From assembly GCA_964630935.1 (NCBI GenBank), contig CAZVYM010000008.1:1241-65240 (forward strand): a DNA stretch of 64,000 nucleotides, written 5' to 3'. Made by a program: the position numbers and the translations under genes. A model generated the notes under the pieces. The model worked only from the letters and a program-made list of their open reading frames with translations, was not told where the DNA came from and ran no database searches. Source of the DNA: an uncultured Gemmatimonadaceae bacterium. Its GTDB lineage: Bacteria; Gemmatimonadota; Gemmatimonadetes; Longimicrobiales; Gaopeijiaceae. How positions within the stretch are numbered: the stretch's first letter is position 1; each line of letters begins with the position of its first letter. Shown here piece after piece: positions 9,446 through 18,764 of this stretch.

Positions 9446-10618
9446 ATGGAGAGGGTGTTGGGTCGTGTTCGAGGTTCCCGGCCGGGTCCGACGCTCGTAG
9501 GGCTCGCCGCGCTGCACGGGAACGAGCGCGCCGGGCTGAGGGCGCTGCGGTCCGTCCTGCGGGGCCTCGAGCCCCGCCGCGAAGAGATGTCGGGCGAGTT
9601 CGTGGCCATGGTGGGCAACCTGACCGCGCTCGAGGCCGGGCGACGCTACATCGACCGCGATCTCAACCGCGTGTGGAGCACGGAGCGCATGGATCTGCTG
9701 CGCCGGACGGGCGCCGTGGACGGCACCGCCGTGGAGGAGCGCGAGCAGCGTGAGATCCTCGAGACGCTCCAAGGGGTGGTCGGGCGGGCGCGCGGCCCCG
9801 TGTACGTGCTCGACCTCCATACGACATCCGGCGTCGGGGGAGCCTTCTCGACGTTCGGGGACACGCTGCCGAATCGCGATTTCGCGGCGCACATCCCGGT
9901 ACCGATGATCCTCGGCCTCGAGGAGCTGATCGAGGGGACGCTACAGGGCTTTCTGGGCTATCACGGCGTGGTGGCGGTGATCTTCGAGAGCGGGCAGCAC
10001 GACGAGGAGGCGGCGGTGGTGCGTGCCGAGGCGGCCGCCTGGATCTCGGTGGTGAGCGCCGGGCTGCTGTCCGAGCGAGAGCTGCCCGTGGTGACCGCGG
10101 CGCGCAAGCTCCTGCGCAGGGAGACGAGCCGACTCCCCGAGGCCCTGGAGATGCGCTACCGGCACGCCATCACTGCGGCCGATCTTTTCCGGATGAAGCC
10201 TGGGTTCCGGAACTTCCAGCCGGTCACGCGCGGTCAGGTGGTGGCGGAGGACGCACGCGGAGAGGTTCGCATGCCCGGGTCCGGACGGATCCTGATGCCG
10301 CTCTATCAGGAGCAGGGCGAGGAGGGCTTCTTCCTGGTTCGGGAGTTCCACCCGTTCTGGCTGAGGGTGTCCTGGGCCCTCAGGCGGGTCCAGGCCGACC
10401 GCCTGGCGGTCCGCCTTCCAGGGGTCCGCCGCCACCCCACCTCGTCCGACGCGGTCCTGGTCGACAAGCGTGTGGCCCGCTGGTACGCGGTCCAGATCTT
10501 CCACCTGCTCGGGTTCCGCATGCACGAGGACGCGGGGACGCACCTGCTGCTGAGGCGCCGCCGCTTCGACGAAGCGAGCCTCGTGGAGACGGGGCCGCGG
10601 CCGCAGGCGCTCGTCTGA
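9446..10618 (+). CDS. succinylglutamate desuccinylase / aspartoacylase (AstE/AspA) family zinc deacylase
   Basis: Family blocks are present: LHGNERAG (the H and E are zinc ligands), IDRDLNRVW and VLDLHTTSG. It starts 13 nt after the upstream stop. Confidence 0.8.
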   Translation: MERVLGRVRGSRPGPTLVGLAALHGNERAGLRALRSVLRGLEPRREEMSGEFVAMVGNLTALEAGRRYIDRDLNRVWSTERMDLLRRTGAVDGTAVEEREQREILETLQGVVGRARGPVYVLDLHTTSGVGGAFSTFGDTLPNRDFAAHIPVPMILGLEELIEGTLQGFLGYHGVVAVIFESGQHDEEAAVVRAEAAAWISVVSAGLLSERELPVVTAARKLLRRETSRLPEALEMRYRHAITAADLFRMKPGFRNFQPVTRGQVVAEDARGEVRMPGSGRILMPLYQEQGEEGFFLVREFHPFWLRVSWALRRVQADRLAVRLPGVRRHPTSSDAVLVDKRVARWYAVQIFHLLGFRMHEDAGTHLLLRRRRFDEASLVETGPRPQALV

Positions 10619-11265
10619 TGTGCGGCCGCTACACGCTCACCGCCGGCGCCGACGAGCTGGTCGAGACCTTCGACGTGCCCGCGCTCTCGTTCGACCTGCG
10701 GCCCCGCTACAACGTGGCGCCGGGACAGGACTGCCCGATCGTGGCCGCCGACCGGAAAGGCAGGCGCATGGGGCTCATGCGTTGGGGCTTCGCGCCGCAT
10801 GGATCGGCGTCGGGGAAGGGCGGCTGGATCAATGCGCGTGCGGAGTCCGTGATGCGGCGGGACTCGTTCCGCGGGGCGTTCCACCGCCGCCGGTGTCTCG
10901 TGCCCGCGGACGGCTTCTACGAGTGGCGCCGGGAAGGGGAGTTGAAGGTCCCTTACTGGTTCCACCGCCCCGGCGGCGGCCTCTTCTCCTTCGCGGGCAT
11001 CTGGGACGGCCGCACCTTCGCGATCCTCACCACCGACGCCAACGACGACGTGCGGACCGTGCACGACCGGATGCCCGTCCTGGTGGCGCCCGACGACCGC
11101 GGCGCGTGGCTCGGGCGGGAGACGGCCGCGGCCGAGCTCACCCGGATCCTGGCACCTTCGCCCGCCGGCACCTTCACCGCACACGAGGTGTCCCGGCGGG
11201 TCAACCGCACGGACCAGGAGGACCCGGGGCTGGTGGAGCCCGTCCGAGGGGATGCAGTCCACTAG
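10618..11265 (+). CDS. yedK: SOS-response-associated peptidase (SRAP/YedK family, abasic-site DNA-protein crosslinking)
   Basis: N-terminal MCGRY with catalytic Cys2, plus NVAPGQ, MRWGF, RCLVPADGFYEW and HDRMPV blocks. The ATG overlaps the upstream stop (TGATG). Confidence 0.9.
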   Translation: MCGRYTLTAGADELVETFDVPALSFDLRPRYNVAPGQDCPIVAADRKGRRMGLMRWGFAPHGSASGKGGWINARAESVMRRDSFRGAFHRRRCLVPADGFYEWRREGELKVPYWFHRPGGGLFSFAGIWDGRTFAILTTDANDDVRTVHDRMPVLVAPDDRGAWLGRETAAAELTRILAPSPAGTFTAHEVSRRVNRTDQEDPGLVEPVRGDAVH

Positions 11266-12755
11266 TTCGCGCGGACCGTCCTTCCTTCGGCCCACGCCCT
11301 CAGCGCCTGCACGTTCTCGCCCATCGTCACGGAGAGCGGGACGGTGTGTTCGATCTCGGTCTGGAGCGCGGCGGTATCCACGGGCGTGTGGTTGGAGAAC
11401 GCCGTGTAGAGCGTCGAGACGACGACCTGCTCGATCTCCGAGCCGCTGAAGCCCTCGGCGGCGGCGGCCAGCGCCTGCAGATCGAACGTCGACGCGTCAT
11501 GGCCGCGGTTCGTGAGGTGGATACGGAAGACCTCCGCGCGCGTCTCGACGTCGGGCAGGTCCACGAAGAAGATCTCGTCGAAGCGGCCCTTACGCAGGAA
11601 CTCGGGCGGCAGGCGCTGGATGTCGTTCGCGGTGGCCACCACGAACACGTCGCCCCGGCGGTCCTGCATCCAGGTGAGGAACGAGCCGAGGATCCGCTGC
11701 GACACGCCGCCGTCCTCGGATCCACCCGAGGTGCCGAACGCCTTCTCGAGCTCGTCGATCCAGAGGACCACGGGGGCCATCTGCTCGGCGGCCTTCATGG
11801 CGCGCTTGAAGTTCCCCTCGCTCTCGCCGATGTACTTGTTGTACAGGTTGGACGGGTCGAGCTTGAGCAGCGGCAGCTCCCACTCGTGGGCCACGGCCTT
11901 GGCGGATAGGCTCTTCCCACAGCCGGGCACGCCGAGCAGCAGCATCCCCCGTGGGAAGCTCAGACCGAACTGCTCCGCCTGCTCCGGGTTCGTGACCACG
12001 GTCTTCCGCTTGGCGAGCCATTCCTTGAGCGTTTTCAGGTCCGCCACGCCCGACATGGCGGTCTCGGCCGGGTAGTACTCGAGAAGCCCCTCCCGCTCCA
12101 CCACCTTCCGCTTCGCCTCGATGACGTAGTGGATGTCCTTCGCGCTGAGCGAGCCGTCCTCGATGATCGCCTTGGTCAGGATCTTGCCCGCCTCCATGAG
12201 CGTGAGGCCCGAGAGATGCTTGACCAGGCTCGTCATCTCGTCGCGTGACAGCTCGACCTGGACGTCCTGCTTCTTCGACATGTCGCGCACGATCTGCGAG
12301 AGCAGCTCGCGGAACTCCTCGTCACTCGGGCCCGGAAGGGTGAGGTACGCGGCCCGCTCCTTGAGCGGAGCCGGCAGGCCGTCGTCCTCACCGGTCAGCA
12401 CGACGGCGCCCTCGATCTCCTCCAGGCTCTTGGCCGCGTCCCGGATGTAGGAGACGAGGAGGTCCTGACCGGCCAGGCTCCCGGCCAGCGAAGCGAAGTG
12501 GTACAAGGCCTTCGTGTGCGACGCCGTGACGTTCCGGAACGCCTTGACCGGATCGCGACTGTCGTAGATGGCGCCCTCCTGGTCCACGCGCATGAGACCC
12601 TGCGAGCGGGACCAGGAGAAGAACGGGATGCGCATGGCGTCGGCCACGTGGCGCAGCAGTCCCGCGGCACGATCCTCCTCGGCGGTCTGCAGGTACACCA
12701 GTCCGCACCGTGAACGGAGCAGGAGCTTCAGCTCGGAGAGCGCGTCCTTGGCCAC
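11262..12755 (-). CDS. Ycf46-like AAA+ ATPase (degenerate N-terminal domain plus one classic AAA module)
   Basis: Walker A is GVPGCGKS and Walker B is VLWIDELEKAF. Also present are ATANDIQRLPPEFLRKGRFDEIFFVDLP and the arginine-finger region. GTG start at 12755. Its stop overlaps the convergent SRAP stop (CTAG). Confidence 0.85.
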   Translation of the reverse strand: MAKDALSELKLLLRSRCGLVYLQTAEEDRAAGLLRHVADAMRIPFFSWSRSQGLMRVDQEGAIYDSRDPVKAFRNVTASHTKALYHFASLAGSLAGQDLLVSYIRDAAKSLEEIEGAVVLTGEDDGLPAPLKERAAYLTLPGPSDEEFRELLSQIVRDMSKKQDVQVELSRDEMTSLVKHLSGLTLMEAGKILTKAIIEDGSLSAKDIHYVIEAKRKVVEREGLLEYYPAETAMSGVADLKTLKEWLAKRKTVVTNPEQAEQFGLSFPRGMLLLGVPGCGKSLSAKAVAHEWELPLLKLDPSNLYNKYIGESEGNFKRAMKAAEQMAPVVLWIDELEKAFGTSGGSEDGGVSQRILGSFLTWMQDRRGDVFVVATANDIQRLPPEFLRKGRFDEIFFVDLPDVETRAEVFRIHLTNRGHDASTFDLQALAAAAEGFSGSEIEQVVVSTLYTAFSNHTPVDTAALQTEIEHTVPLSVTMGENVQALRAWAEGRTVRAN

Positions 12756-12756
12756 G

Positions 12757-13644
12757 TCAGGAAGCCTTCCTCAAACCCGTGAGCGTATCGTCGACGACCG
12801 GATCGAAATGCACGTCGACCTGCGGGAATGCAATGGTGATCCCCGCGTCGGCGAGGGCGTGCCAGATCGTCTCGTGCAGATCCGAGACCGCGCGGCGGGC
12901 CATCCAGGGGTCGTTGGTCCACACCGCCACCTGGAAGTTCACCGACGAGTTGCCGAACTCGGTCATGAACACGCGGGGCTCCTTGACCGCCGACTTCCAC
13001 TCGATCGTGCTCGCCGCGGCCTCGAGCACCGTGCGGGTCTCCTTCATGTCGGACTCGTAGGCGACCCCGACCACGACGGATACCCGGTAGAAGGAGTCCT
13101 CCATCGTGTAGTTCTTCACCGTCCCCTGGGCTAGGAGATTGTTGGGGATGATGAGCTGCTCGTCGTCGCGGGTGCGCGCCACCGTCGAGCGGATCCGCAT
13201 GTGCTCTACCCGCACGACCTCGCCGTCCACCTCGAGCACGTCCCCCGGCTTGATCGAGCGCTCGAACAGGAGGATCAGCCCCGAGATGAAGTTCTGGGCG
13301 ACGTTCTGGAAGGCGAAGCCCAAGCCGACACCGAACACGGCGCCGGCGGCGAGGATCGCGCCGAGGTTGATCCCGACATTCTGCACGGCCATGGCGAAGC
13401 CGATCGCGAGCACGCTCCAGTGGATGAGGCGCTGGGTGATGGCGCGTGTGGCCTGGTCCTGGATGCCGCGACGGTCCATCGCGGCGTCGGCGCTCCGCCG
13501 CAGGAGCCGCGAGACGACCCTCGCGACGAAGATGAAGATCGCGAAGATCAGGAGGTCGACCAGCGTGATCCCGTGACCCTGAAGCGTGAAGAGTTGCGCA
13601 GTGACGACGGTGTGGAACTTCTGCGCGATTTCGGTAACGCTCAT
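12757..13644 (-). CDS. small-conductance mechanosensitive channel (MscS family)
   Basis: Three N-terminal TM helices and the pore/beta-domain block GAVFGVGLGFAFQNVAQNFISGLILLFERSIKPGDVLEVDG..V..H.R.T are present. Its stop lies 1 nt before the AAA+ start. Confidence 0.9.
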   Translation of the reverse strand: MSVTEIAQKFHTVVTAQLFTLQGHGITLVDLLIFAIFIFVARVVSRLLRRSADAAMDRRGIQDQATRAITQRLIHWSVLAIGFAMAVQNVGINLGAILAAGAVFGVGLGFAFQNVAQNFISGLILLFERSIKPGDVLEVDGEVVRVEHMRIRSTVARTRDDEQLIIPNNLLAQGTVKNYTMEDSFYRVSVVVGVAYESDMKETRTVLEAAASTIEWKSAVKEPRVFMTEFGNSSVNFQVAVWTNDPWMARRAVSDLHETIWHALADAGITIAFPQVDVHFDPVVDDTLTGLRKAS

Positions 13645-13762
13645 AGGGGATCTCCCGGCGAGAGGGGACGAGGCTCGCCGGATTGTGCGTCATGGCGCCG
13701 AGGCTGTCCAGCGCCGATCCCGCCGGAACCGAGCCGGTCCAACGGCCATCGCCGGCCGTCGG

Positions 13763-14863
13763 TCAGCCGGCGTCCATCTCCTCGAACGCCTCGCGGATCC
13801 TCCCCAGCGCCTCGCGCAGCTCTTCGGCCGGGTTGCCGAAGCCGATCCTCAGGTACCGGTCCATCCCGAAATGGTCGCCCGGCACCACCAGCACGTCCTT
13901 CTCGGCACGGAGCTTCTCGGCGAACACGCTCGAGCTCACGTCCGCGTGGTAGCGGACGTAGCAGATCGCCCCGGCGTCAGGCGGACGGTAGCTGAAGCGC
14001 CCCTCCTGGTCGTCCATCCACTCCCTCAACAAGCCGAGGTTGGCACGGACGATCCCGCGTGTGCGCTGGAGGATGCGTGCCCGCGTCGCGGGCTCGAGTG
14101 CCAGCGTCGCGAGCGTGTCCGAGAGCGAAGCCGGGCTGATGGTCGTATAGTCGGTGCGGCCCCACAGCTCCGCCGTCACCTCGGGCGGGGCCAGGACCCA
14201 GCCGAGACGCAAGCCCGGCAGGCCGTACGCCTTGGACAGCGAGTTCGTCACGATCACGCGCTCGTGTCGACCCCAGAAGGAGGGCGTCTGCGGGCCGTCG
14301 GCCTCCGCCCCGCCGTAGACCTCGTCGGCCAGGATCCAGGCTTCGTGGCGCTCGGTCAACTCGACCACGGCATCCATCGACGCCTCGTCGAGCACCGCGC
14401 CGGTCGGGTTGTTGGGATTGGTGACCAGCACGAAACGGGCGCCCTGGTTCAGCGCCCCGGCCAGCGCGTCGAGGTCGGGCAGCCAGCCGCGCTCCTCGAC
14501 GAGAGGCACGGGAAGCAGCCGGGTTCCGAAGGACTCGGCGAGGCCGGGCACCTGCCCGTACGTGGGGAGCACGACCGCGGCCTTGCCCTCTGCCTCCATG
14601 AGGTGCCAGAAGCTCGTGAAGTTGGCCTCGGCACCGCCCACGGTGACCAGGACCGAGCGTTCGCTCGCCCCCGGATAGAGGGCGGCGATGCGGGCACGAA
14701 GGGCGTCGGAGCCGTTCGACTGCCCGTAGCCGAGGAGCACGTCGTCCACGCCTTCCTCGACGCCGGCGAGATCGAGCAGCTCCCGCACCGTGAGGGGGTG
14801 CACGCCGCTCTCCGAGAGATTGTAACGGACACGGTGCTCGTGCGTGGACTGCCAGCGCTCCAT
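13763..14863 (-). CDS. class I/II PLP-dependent aminotransferase
   Basis: ATG 14863 (MERWQSTHEH) lies inside the artefactual 992-aa ORF. Motifs LVTNPNNPTG, the SLSKAYGLPGLRLGW Lys block and RIGFG are present. Confidence 0.85.
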   Translation of the reverse strand: MERWQSTHEHRVRYNLSESGVHPLTVRELLDLAGVEEGVDDVLLGYGQSNGSDALRARIAALYPGASERSVLVTVGGAEANFTSFWHLMEAEGKAAVVLPTYGQVPGLAESFGTRLLPVPLVEERGWLPDLDALAGALNQGARFVLVTNPNNPTGAVLDEASMDAVVELTERHEAWILADEVYGGAEADGPQTPSFWGRHERVIVTNSLSKAYGLPGLRLGWVLAPPEVTAELWGRTDYTTISPASLSDTLATLALEPATRARILQRTRGIVRANLGLLREWMDDQEGRFSYRPPDAGAICYVRYHADVSSSVFAEKLRAEKDVLVVPGDHFGMDRYLRIGFGNPAEELREALGRIREAFEEMDAG

Positions 14864-15187
14864 GCGGAACGGGACGTAGCGCACGGGATGCCTCCAGGGG
14901 TGGGGGCGCCGACGGGGGCGGCCGCGTCGGAGCCTGTGGTCGGGGGTCGCTTTCGTGAATCTGACAGGGTGACGCATCGGGCGGGAGGGCGAGCGCGCCG
15001 TCGGGGGCCGCCACCCGCCCCACCGGGGGCGCTCGGCGAAGCGCCCAGGATCCGGGCCGTGGCGCTCCGGGCGCCCGTGCGCGTGCACGGGTCGCGGAGC
15101 GCTCCCCTTTTTCGGCGACCTGCTAGATTCCAGATTCGCCATGACCTGGAAAAAGACGCGGCGCCGCTCGGATTGCGGCGCCTCTGG

Positions 15188-16414
15188 ATGGAGATTCGAC
15201 CCATGTCCGAAGTGGTTCTTCCCGACGATCAAGTGCACCGTGGGCATTCCGCGCGCATCGTCCTCCTGGTGCTGGACGGCCTCGGCGGTCTTCCGCACCC
15301 GGATCACGGAAAGACCGAGTTGGAGATCGCCAAGACGCCCCACCTCGATGCCTTGGCCGACCGTTCCTCGCTCGGGGTGCTGGACCCCGTGGGACGCGGC
15401 ATCACCGCCGGGAGCGGACCGGGCCACCTGTCGCTCTTCGGGTACGATCCGACCGAGTACGTGATCGGGCGCGGCGCGCTGAGCGCGCTCGGCGTGGGCA
15501 TCGAGCTGCAGCCGGGCGACCTCGCGGCGCGCTTGAACCTCGCTACGTTCGACACCGAGGGCCGGGTGACGGACCGCCGGGCCGGCCGTCCGAACGACCC
15601 GGAGGGCCGCCGCGTCGTCGACATCGTCAACGAGCACCTGAAGCAGCCCGAGGGCCACACCATCACCCTGACGCACGAGAAGGAGCATCGTGTCGTGCTG
15701 CTGGTTCGGGGCGAGGGGCTGGGGGCCGACCTGACCGACACCGACCCCCTCGAGCACGGCGTGCCCGATCTGAAGTGCGAGGCGACCTCCCCCGGATCCG
15801 AGCTTTCGGCGTCCATCGTGCGGGACTTCCTGAAGCAGGCGCGCGAGATCCTCTCGGACGAGCCGAAGCTGAACGGATTCCTGGCGCGCGGCTTCGCGGC
15901 GTTCGAGCGCATTCCGACCCTCGAGGAGCGCTTCGGCCTGAGGGCGGTGGCGTGCGCGAAGTACCCGATGTACCGCGGCGTGGCGCGCCTCGTCGGCATG
16001 GAGGTGCCTGCCGTGCCGGGCAACGCGGAGGAGACGGTGGCGCTCTACGAGGAGCACGGGCCGGGATTCGACTTCTCCTTCATCCACTTCAAGGACACCG
16101 ACACCCGGGGCCACGACGGCGATTTCGACGGGAAGGTCGCGGCGATCGAGGAGGTCGACGGACTGCTTCCCAGATTGCTGGCGACCGAGCCCGACGTGCT
16201 CGTCGTCACGGGCGACCATTCCACGCCCGCGGTCTACAAGGAGCATTCGTGGCACGCGGTGCCGGTCCTGCTCGCGTCGCAATGGGCGCGCCCGACCGGA
16301 GGCGGCTTCGGAGAGTCTTCGTGCCGAAGAGGAGATCTGGCTCGCTTCCACGGCACGGACCTGATGTCGCTCGCCCTGGCGCATGCGGGTCGGCTCGTGA
16401 AGTTCGGCGCTTGA
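15188..16414 (+). CDS. apgM: cofactor-independent phosphoglycerate mutase, archaeal-type (ApgM family)
   Basis: ATG 15188 (alternative 15203). Metalloenzyme blocks are present: LVLDGLGG, TPHLDALA, GSGPGHLSLFGYDP, FIHFKDTDTRGHDGDF and VVTGDHSTP. Confidence 0.85.
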   Translation: MEIRPMSEVVLPDDQVHRGHSARIVLLVLDGLGGLPHPDHGKTELEIAKTPHLDALADRSSLGVLDPVGRGITAGSGPGHLSLFGYDPTEYVIGRGALSALGVGIELQPGDLAARLNLATFDTEGRVTDRRAGRPNDPEGRRVVDIVNEHLKQPEGHTITLTHEKEHRVVLLVRGEGLGADLTDTDPLEHGVPDLKCEATSPGSELSASIVRDFLKQAREILSDEPKLNGFLARGFAAFERIPTLEERFGLRAVACAKYPMYRGVARLVGMEVPAVPGNAEETVALYEEHGPGFDFSFIHFKDTDTRGHDGDFDGKVAAIEEVDGLLPRLLATEPDVLVVTGDHSTPAVYKEHSWHAVPVLLASQWARPTGGGFGESSCRRGDLARFHGTDLMSLALAHAGRLVKFGA

Positions 16415-16415
16415 C

Positions 16416-17255
16416 ATGGACCTCACGAAGCTCCTCGACAAGGCGCTCGATCTGGGCGACGAGGGCGACTGGGAGAGCATGGCCGAGCTGCTTCGCGAGC
16501 ACCTCGAAGAGTTCGAGCAGGAGCCGGCCGTCCATTGCTGGCTCGGCGTCGCGGAGCGAGAGCTGGGCATGGAGGGCATCGCGTACGAGCGCTTCAAGCG
16601 GGTGTTGGCCCTGGATGCCGTCGATCCGTACGTGTTGGCTACGGCGGGCAACGGCCTGGCGGCCTTCGACGACCCGGACGCCGAGCAGGCCCTTCGGACC
16701 GCCGCGCTGACGGCGCCGGACGTCTCCCTCGCGCGTTTCATGTATGGAGCCTACCTCGCCCGGGAGGGCCAGCACGAGAAGGCGCTCGAGGAGCTGGGCG
16801 CCGCCAGGGAGCTGGATCCGGACGAGCCGCAGATCACATACGAGCTCGGCGTGGCGCGCGCCCTCGCCGGGGATCGCACGGGCGCGATCGACGCCGTCGG
16901 CGAAGCGGTGGCCATGGATCCGGACGAGGGTTGGACGCGCGTGGTGCTGGGCCTCTTGCTCCTCGAGGACGACCGCTTCGAGGAAGGCCTGGGGGAGCTC
17001 TCCGAGGGAGCCCGGCTCTCGCCCGACGACGTGGAGGCACAGCTTCTCGCGGCGCTCACCGCAGCGGCCGTAGAGCGGGAAGACCTCGCCTACGAGATGC
17101 TCGAGCGGGGCCGGATGCGGGCGATGGAGGGGGACATGGCTCTGGTGCGCGAGGTGGAGGAGCGCCTGGACTCGGGGCCGAGCTTCGCGCGTACTCTGCT
17201 CACGGAAGAGGCCATTCCGGACTCGTTGCGCAGCCGCCTGGCGGAGCGCCCGTAG
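16416..17255 (+). CDS. TPR-repeat protein
   Basis: It starts 2 nt after the apgM stop. It contains repeated 34-residue Ala/Leu/Gly/Asp-patterned helical hairpins (for example AYLAREGQHEKALEELGAARELDPDEP). Confidence 0.7.
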   Translation: MDLTKLLDKALDLGDEGDWESMAELLREHLEEFEQEPAVHCWLGVAERELGMEGIAYERFKRVLALDAVDPYVLATAGNGLAAFDDPDAEQALRTAALTAPDVSLARFMYGAYLAREGQHEKALEELGAARELDPDEPQITYELGVARALAGDRTGAIDAVGEAVAMDPDEGWTRVVLGLLLLEDDRFEEGLGELSEGARLSPDDVEAQLLAALTAAAVEREDLAYEMLERGRMRAMEGDMALVREVEERLDSGPSFARTLLTEEAIPDSLRSRLAERP

Positions 17256-17354
17256 TCGGGTGCCGTGCCGGGGCGGGGGTGTGGGCAGGATGAAGGTGTC
17301 GGAGTCACGCGGCTTTCTTCTATGCGGCGCGCTCCTGGTCCGGGAACGTACGGG

Positions 17355-18764
17355 ATGAGCGGGCCGATGAAGCGATGGATATGCTCCGTGGTCGTCGTGG
17401 CCGGGACCCTGGGGGCTCCGGTCCTGCCCGTCGCTGCGCAGGAGCAGGAGAAGGAGAGCGTGGACGTCTACATCCCCTACACGCAGTTCACCTTGGACAA
17501 CGGGCTCAGCGTGCTAATCCATCGGGATCCCGCGCTCCCGGTCGTGAGCGTGAACGTCTGGTACCACGTGGGCTCCAAGAACGAGAGCCCCGGACGCACC
17601 GGCTTCGCGCACCTGTTCGAGCACATCATGTTCGAGGGCTCCGCCCACGTACCGGAAGGCGAGTTCGACAACCTCCTGGAATCCGCCGGTGGGGTGAACA
17701 ACGGGTCGACGTCGAGCGACCGCACCAATTACTGGGAGAACGTCCCATCGAATGCGGTCGAGCTCGCCCTCTGGCTCGAGGCCGACCGCATGGGCTGGCT
17801 CCTGCCCACGATGACGCAGGAGAAGCTCGATCTGCAGCGTGACGTGGTGAAGAACGAGCGCCGTCAGAGCGTCGACAATCAGCCCTACGGGCGGGCGTAC
17901 GAAACCGTCTACGCCAACCTCTACCCGGTCGGCCACCCGTATCACTCGCCGGTGATCGGCTCGATGGAGGACCTGTCCGCCGCGACCCTGAACGACGTGA
18001 AGGCGTTCTTCCGCACCTACTACACGCCCAACAACGCCAGCCTGGCCATCGCGGGCGACGTGAACGTCTCGCAGGTTCGCCGTCTGGTGCAGAAGTACTT
18101 CGGGAGCATTCCCCCGGGGCCGCCCGTGCCCGACGTGAAGGTGCCGGATGCGACCCTGGTCGCCGACAAGACGGTGGTGCTGGAGGACGCCGTCCAGCTC
18201 CCTCGCCTCTACGTGGCCTGGCCATCCTCCAAGCTCTTCACGGACGACGATGCCGCGCTGGACGTGCTGGCCTCCGTGCTGACCCAGGGCAAGAGCTCGC
18301 GGCTCTACAAGCGGCTGGTCTACGACGAGCAGATCGCCCAGAACGTGAACGCCTTCCAGGACGGCCGTGAGCTGGCCGGCTCGTTCTGGATCGTGGCGAC
18401 GGCCCGCCCCGGCGTGGGGCTCGAGCGGATCGCCGAGGTGATTCGTGAGGAGGTCGCGCGCGTGGCCCGGGACGGCGTGAGACCCGAGGAGCGTGAGCGC
18501 GCGGTCAACGGGATCGAGACCGACTTCGTTCGCTCGCTCGAGCACGTCGGCGGCTTCGGCGGAAAGGCCGATCTCCTGAACGAATACAACGTCTTCACGG
18601 GCGATCCGGGGTACGTTCGCAAGGACTTCGCCCGCTACCGGGACGTCACGCCCGACGAAGTGGCCGCGGCGACCGAGCGCTATCTGGTCGGGAAGCCGGC
18701 CGTGTGGCTCAGCGTGGTCCCGGACGGGAAGAAGGATCTGGCGGCGGGCACGGAAGAACGATGA
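17355..18764 (+). CDS. M16 (pitrilysin/insulinase) family zinc peptidase, active-type, exported
   Basis: ATG 17355 or 17367. Signal peptide MKRWICSVVVVAGTLGAPVLPVAAQ. The inverted zinc motif HxxEH (FAHLFEHIMFEGS) and the downstream NERRQS Glu block are present. Confidence 0.9.
   Translation: MSGPMKRWICSVVVVAGTLGAPVLPVAAQEQEKESVDVYIPYTQFTLDNGLSVLIHRDPALPVVSVNVWYHVGSKNESPGRTGFAHLFEHIMFEGSAHVPEGEFDNLLESAGGVNNGSTSSDRTNYWENVPSNAVELALWLEADRMGWLLPTMTQEKLDLQRDVVKNERRQSVDNQPYGRAYETVYANLYPVGHPYHSPVIGSMEDLSAATLNDVKAFFRTYYTPNNASLAIAGDVNVSQVRRLVQKYFGSIPPGPPVPDVKVPDATLVADKTVVLEDAVQLPRLYVAWPSSKLFTDDDAALDVLASVLTQGKSSRLYKRLVYDEQIAQNVNAFQDGRELAGSFWIVATARPGVGLERIAEVIREEVARVARDGVRPEERERAVNGIETDFVRSLEHVGGFGGKADLLNEYNVFTGDPGYVRKDFARYRDVTPDEVAAATERYLVGKPAVWLSVVPDGKKDLAAGTEER

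Noticed and set aside
11262-11265. A convergent overlap of the SRAP and AAA+ stop codons on the palindrome CTAG.
   Set aside because: This is a trivial consequence of TAG being read on both strands. It needs no regulatory interpretation.
13763-16741. Very long ORFs lie antisense to, or out of frame with, recognised genes. Examples are 13763..16741 (992 aa), 30385..33426 (1013 aa), 38147..41161 (1004 aa), 47394..50930 (1178 aa), 58583..61348 (921 aa) and 55491..58097 (868 aa).
   Set aside because: In a genome this GC-rich, stop codons are rare in non-coding frames. The translations are Arg/Pro/Gly/Ala-rich low-complexity strings with no family motifs. The opposite or alternative frame encodes clearly recognisable proteins. 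Only the motif-bearing sub-segments were kept, for example the aminotransferase at 13763..14863, the porin at 58583..59692 and the amidase at 56412..58097.
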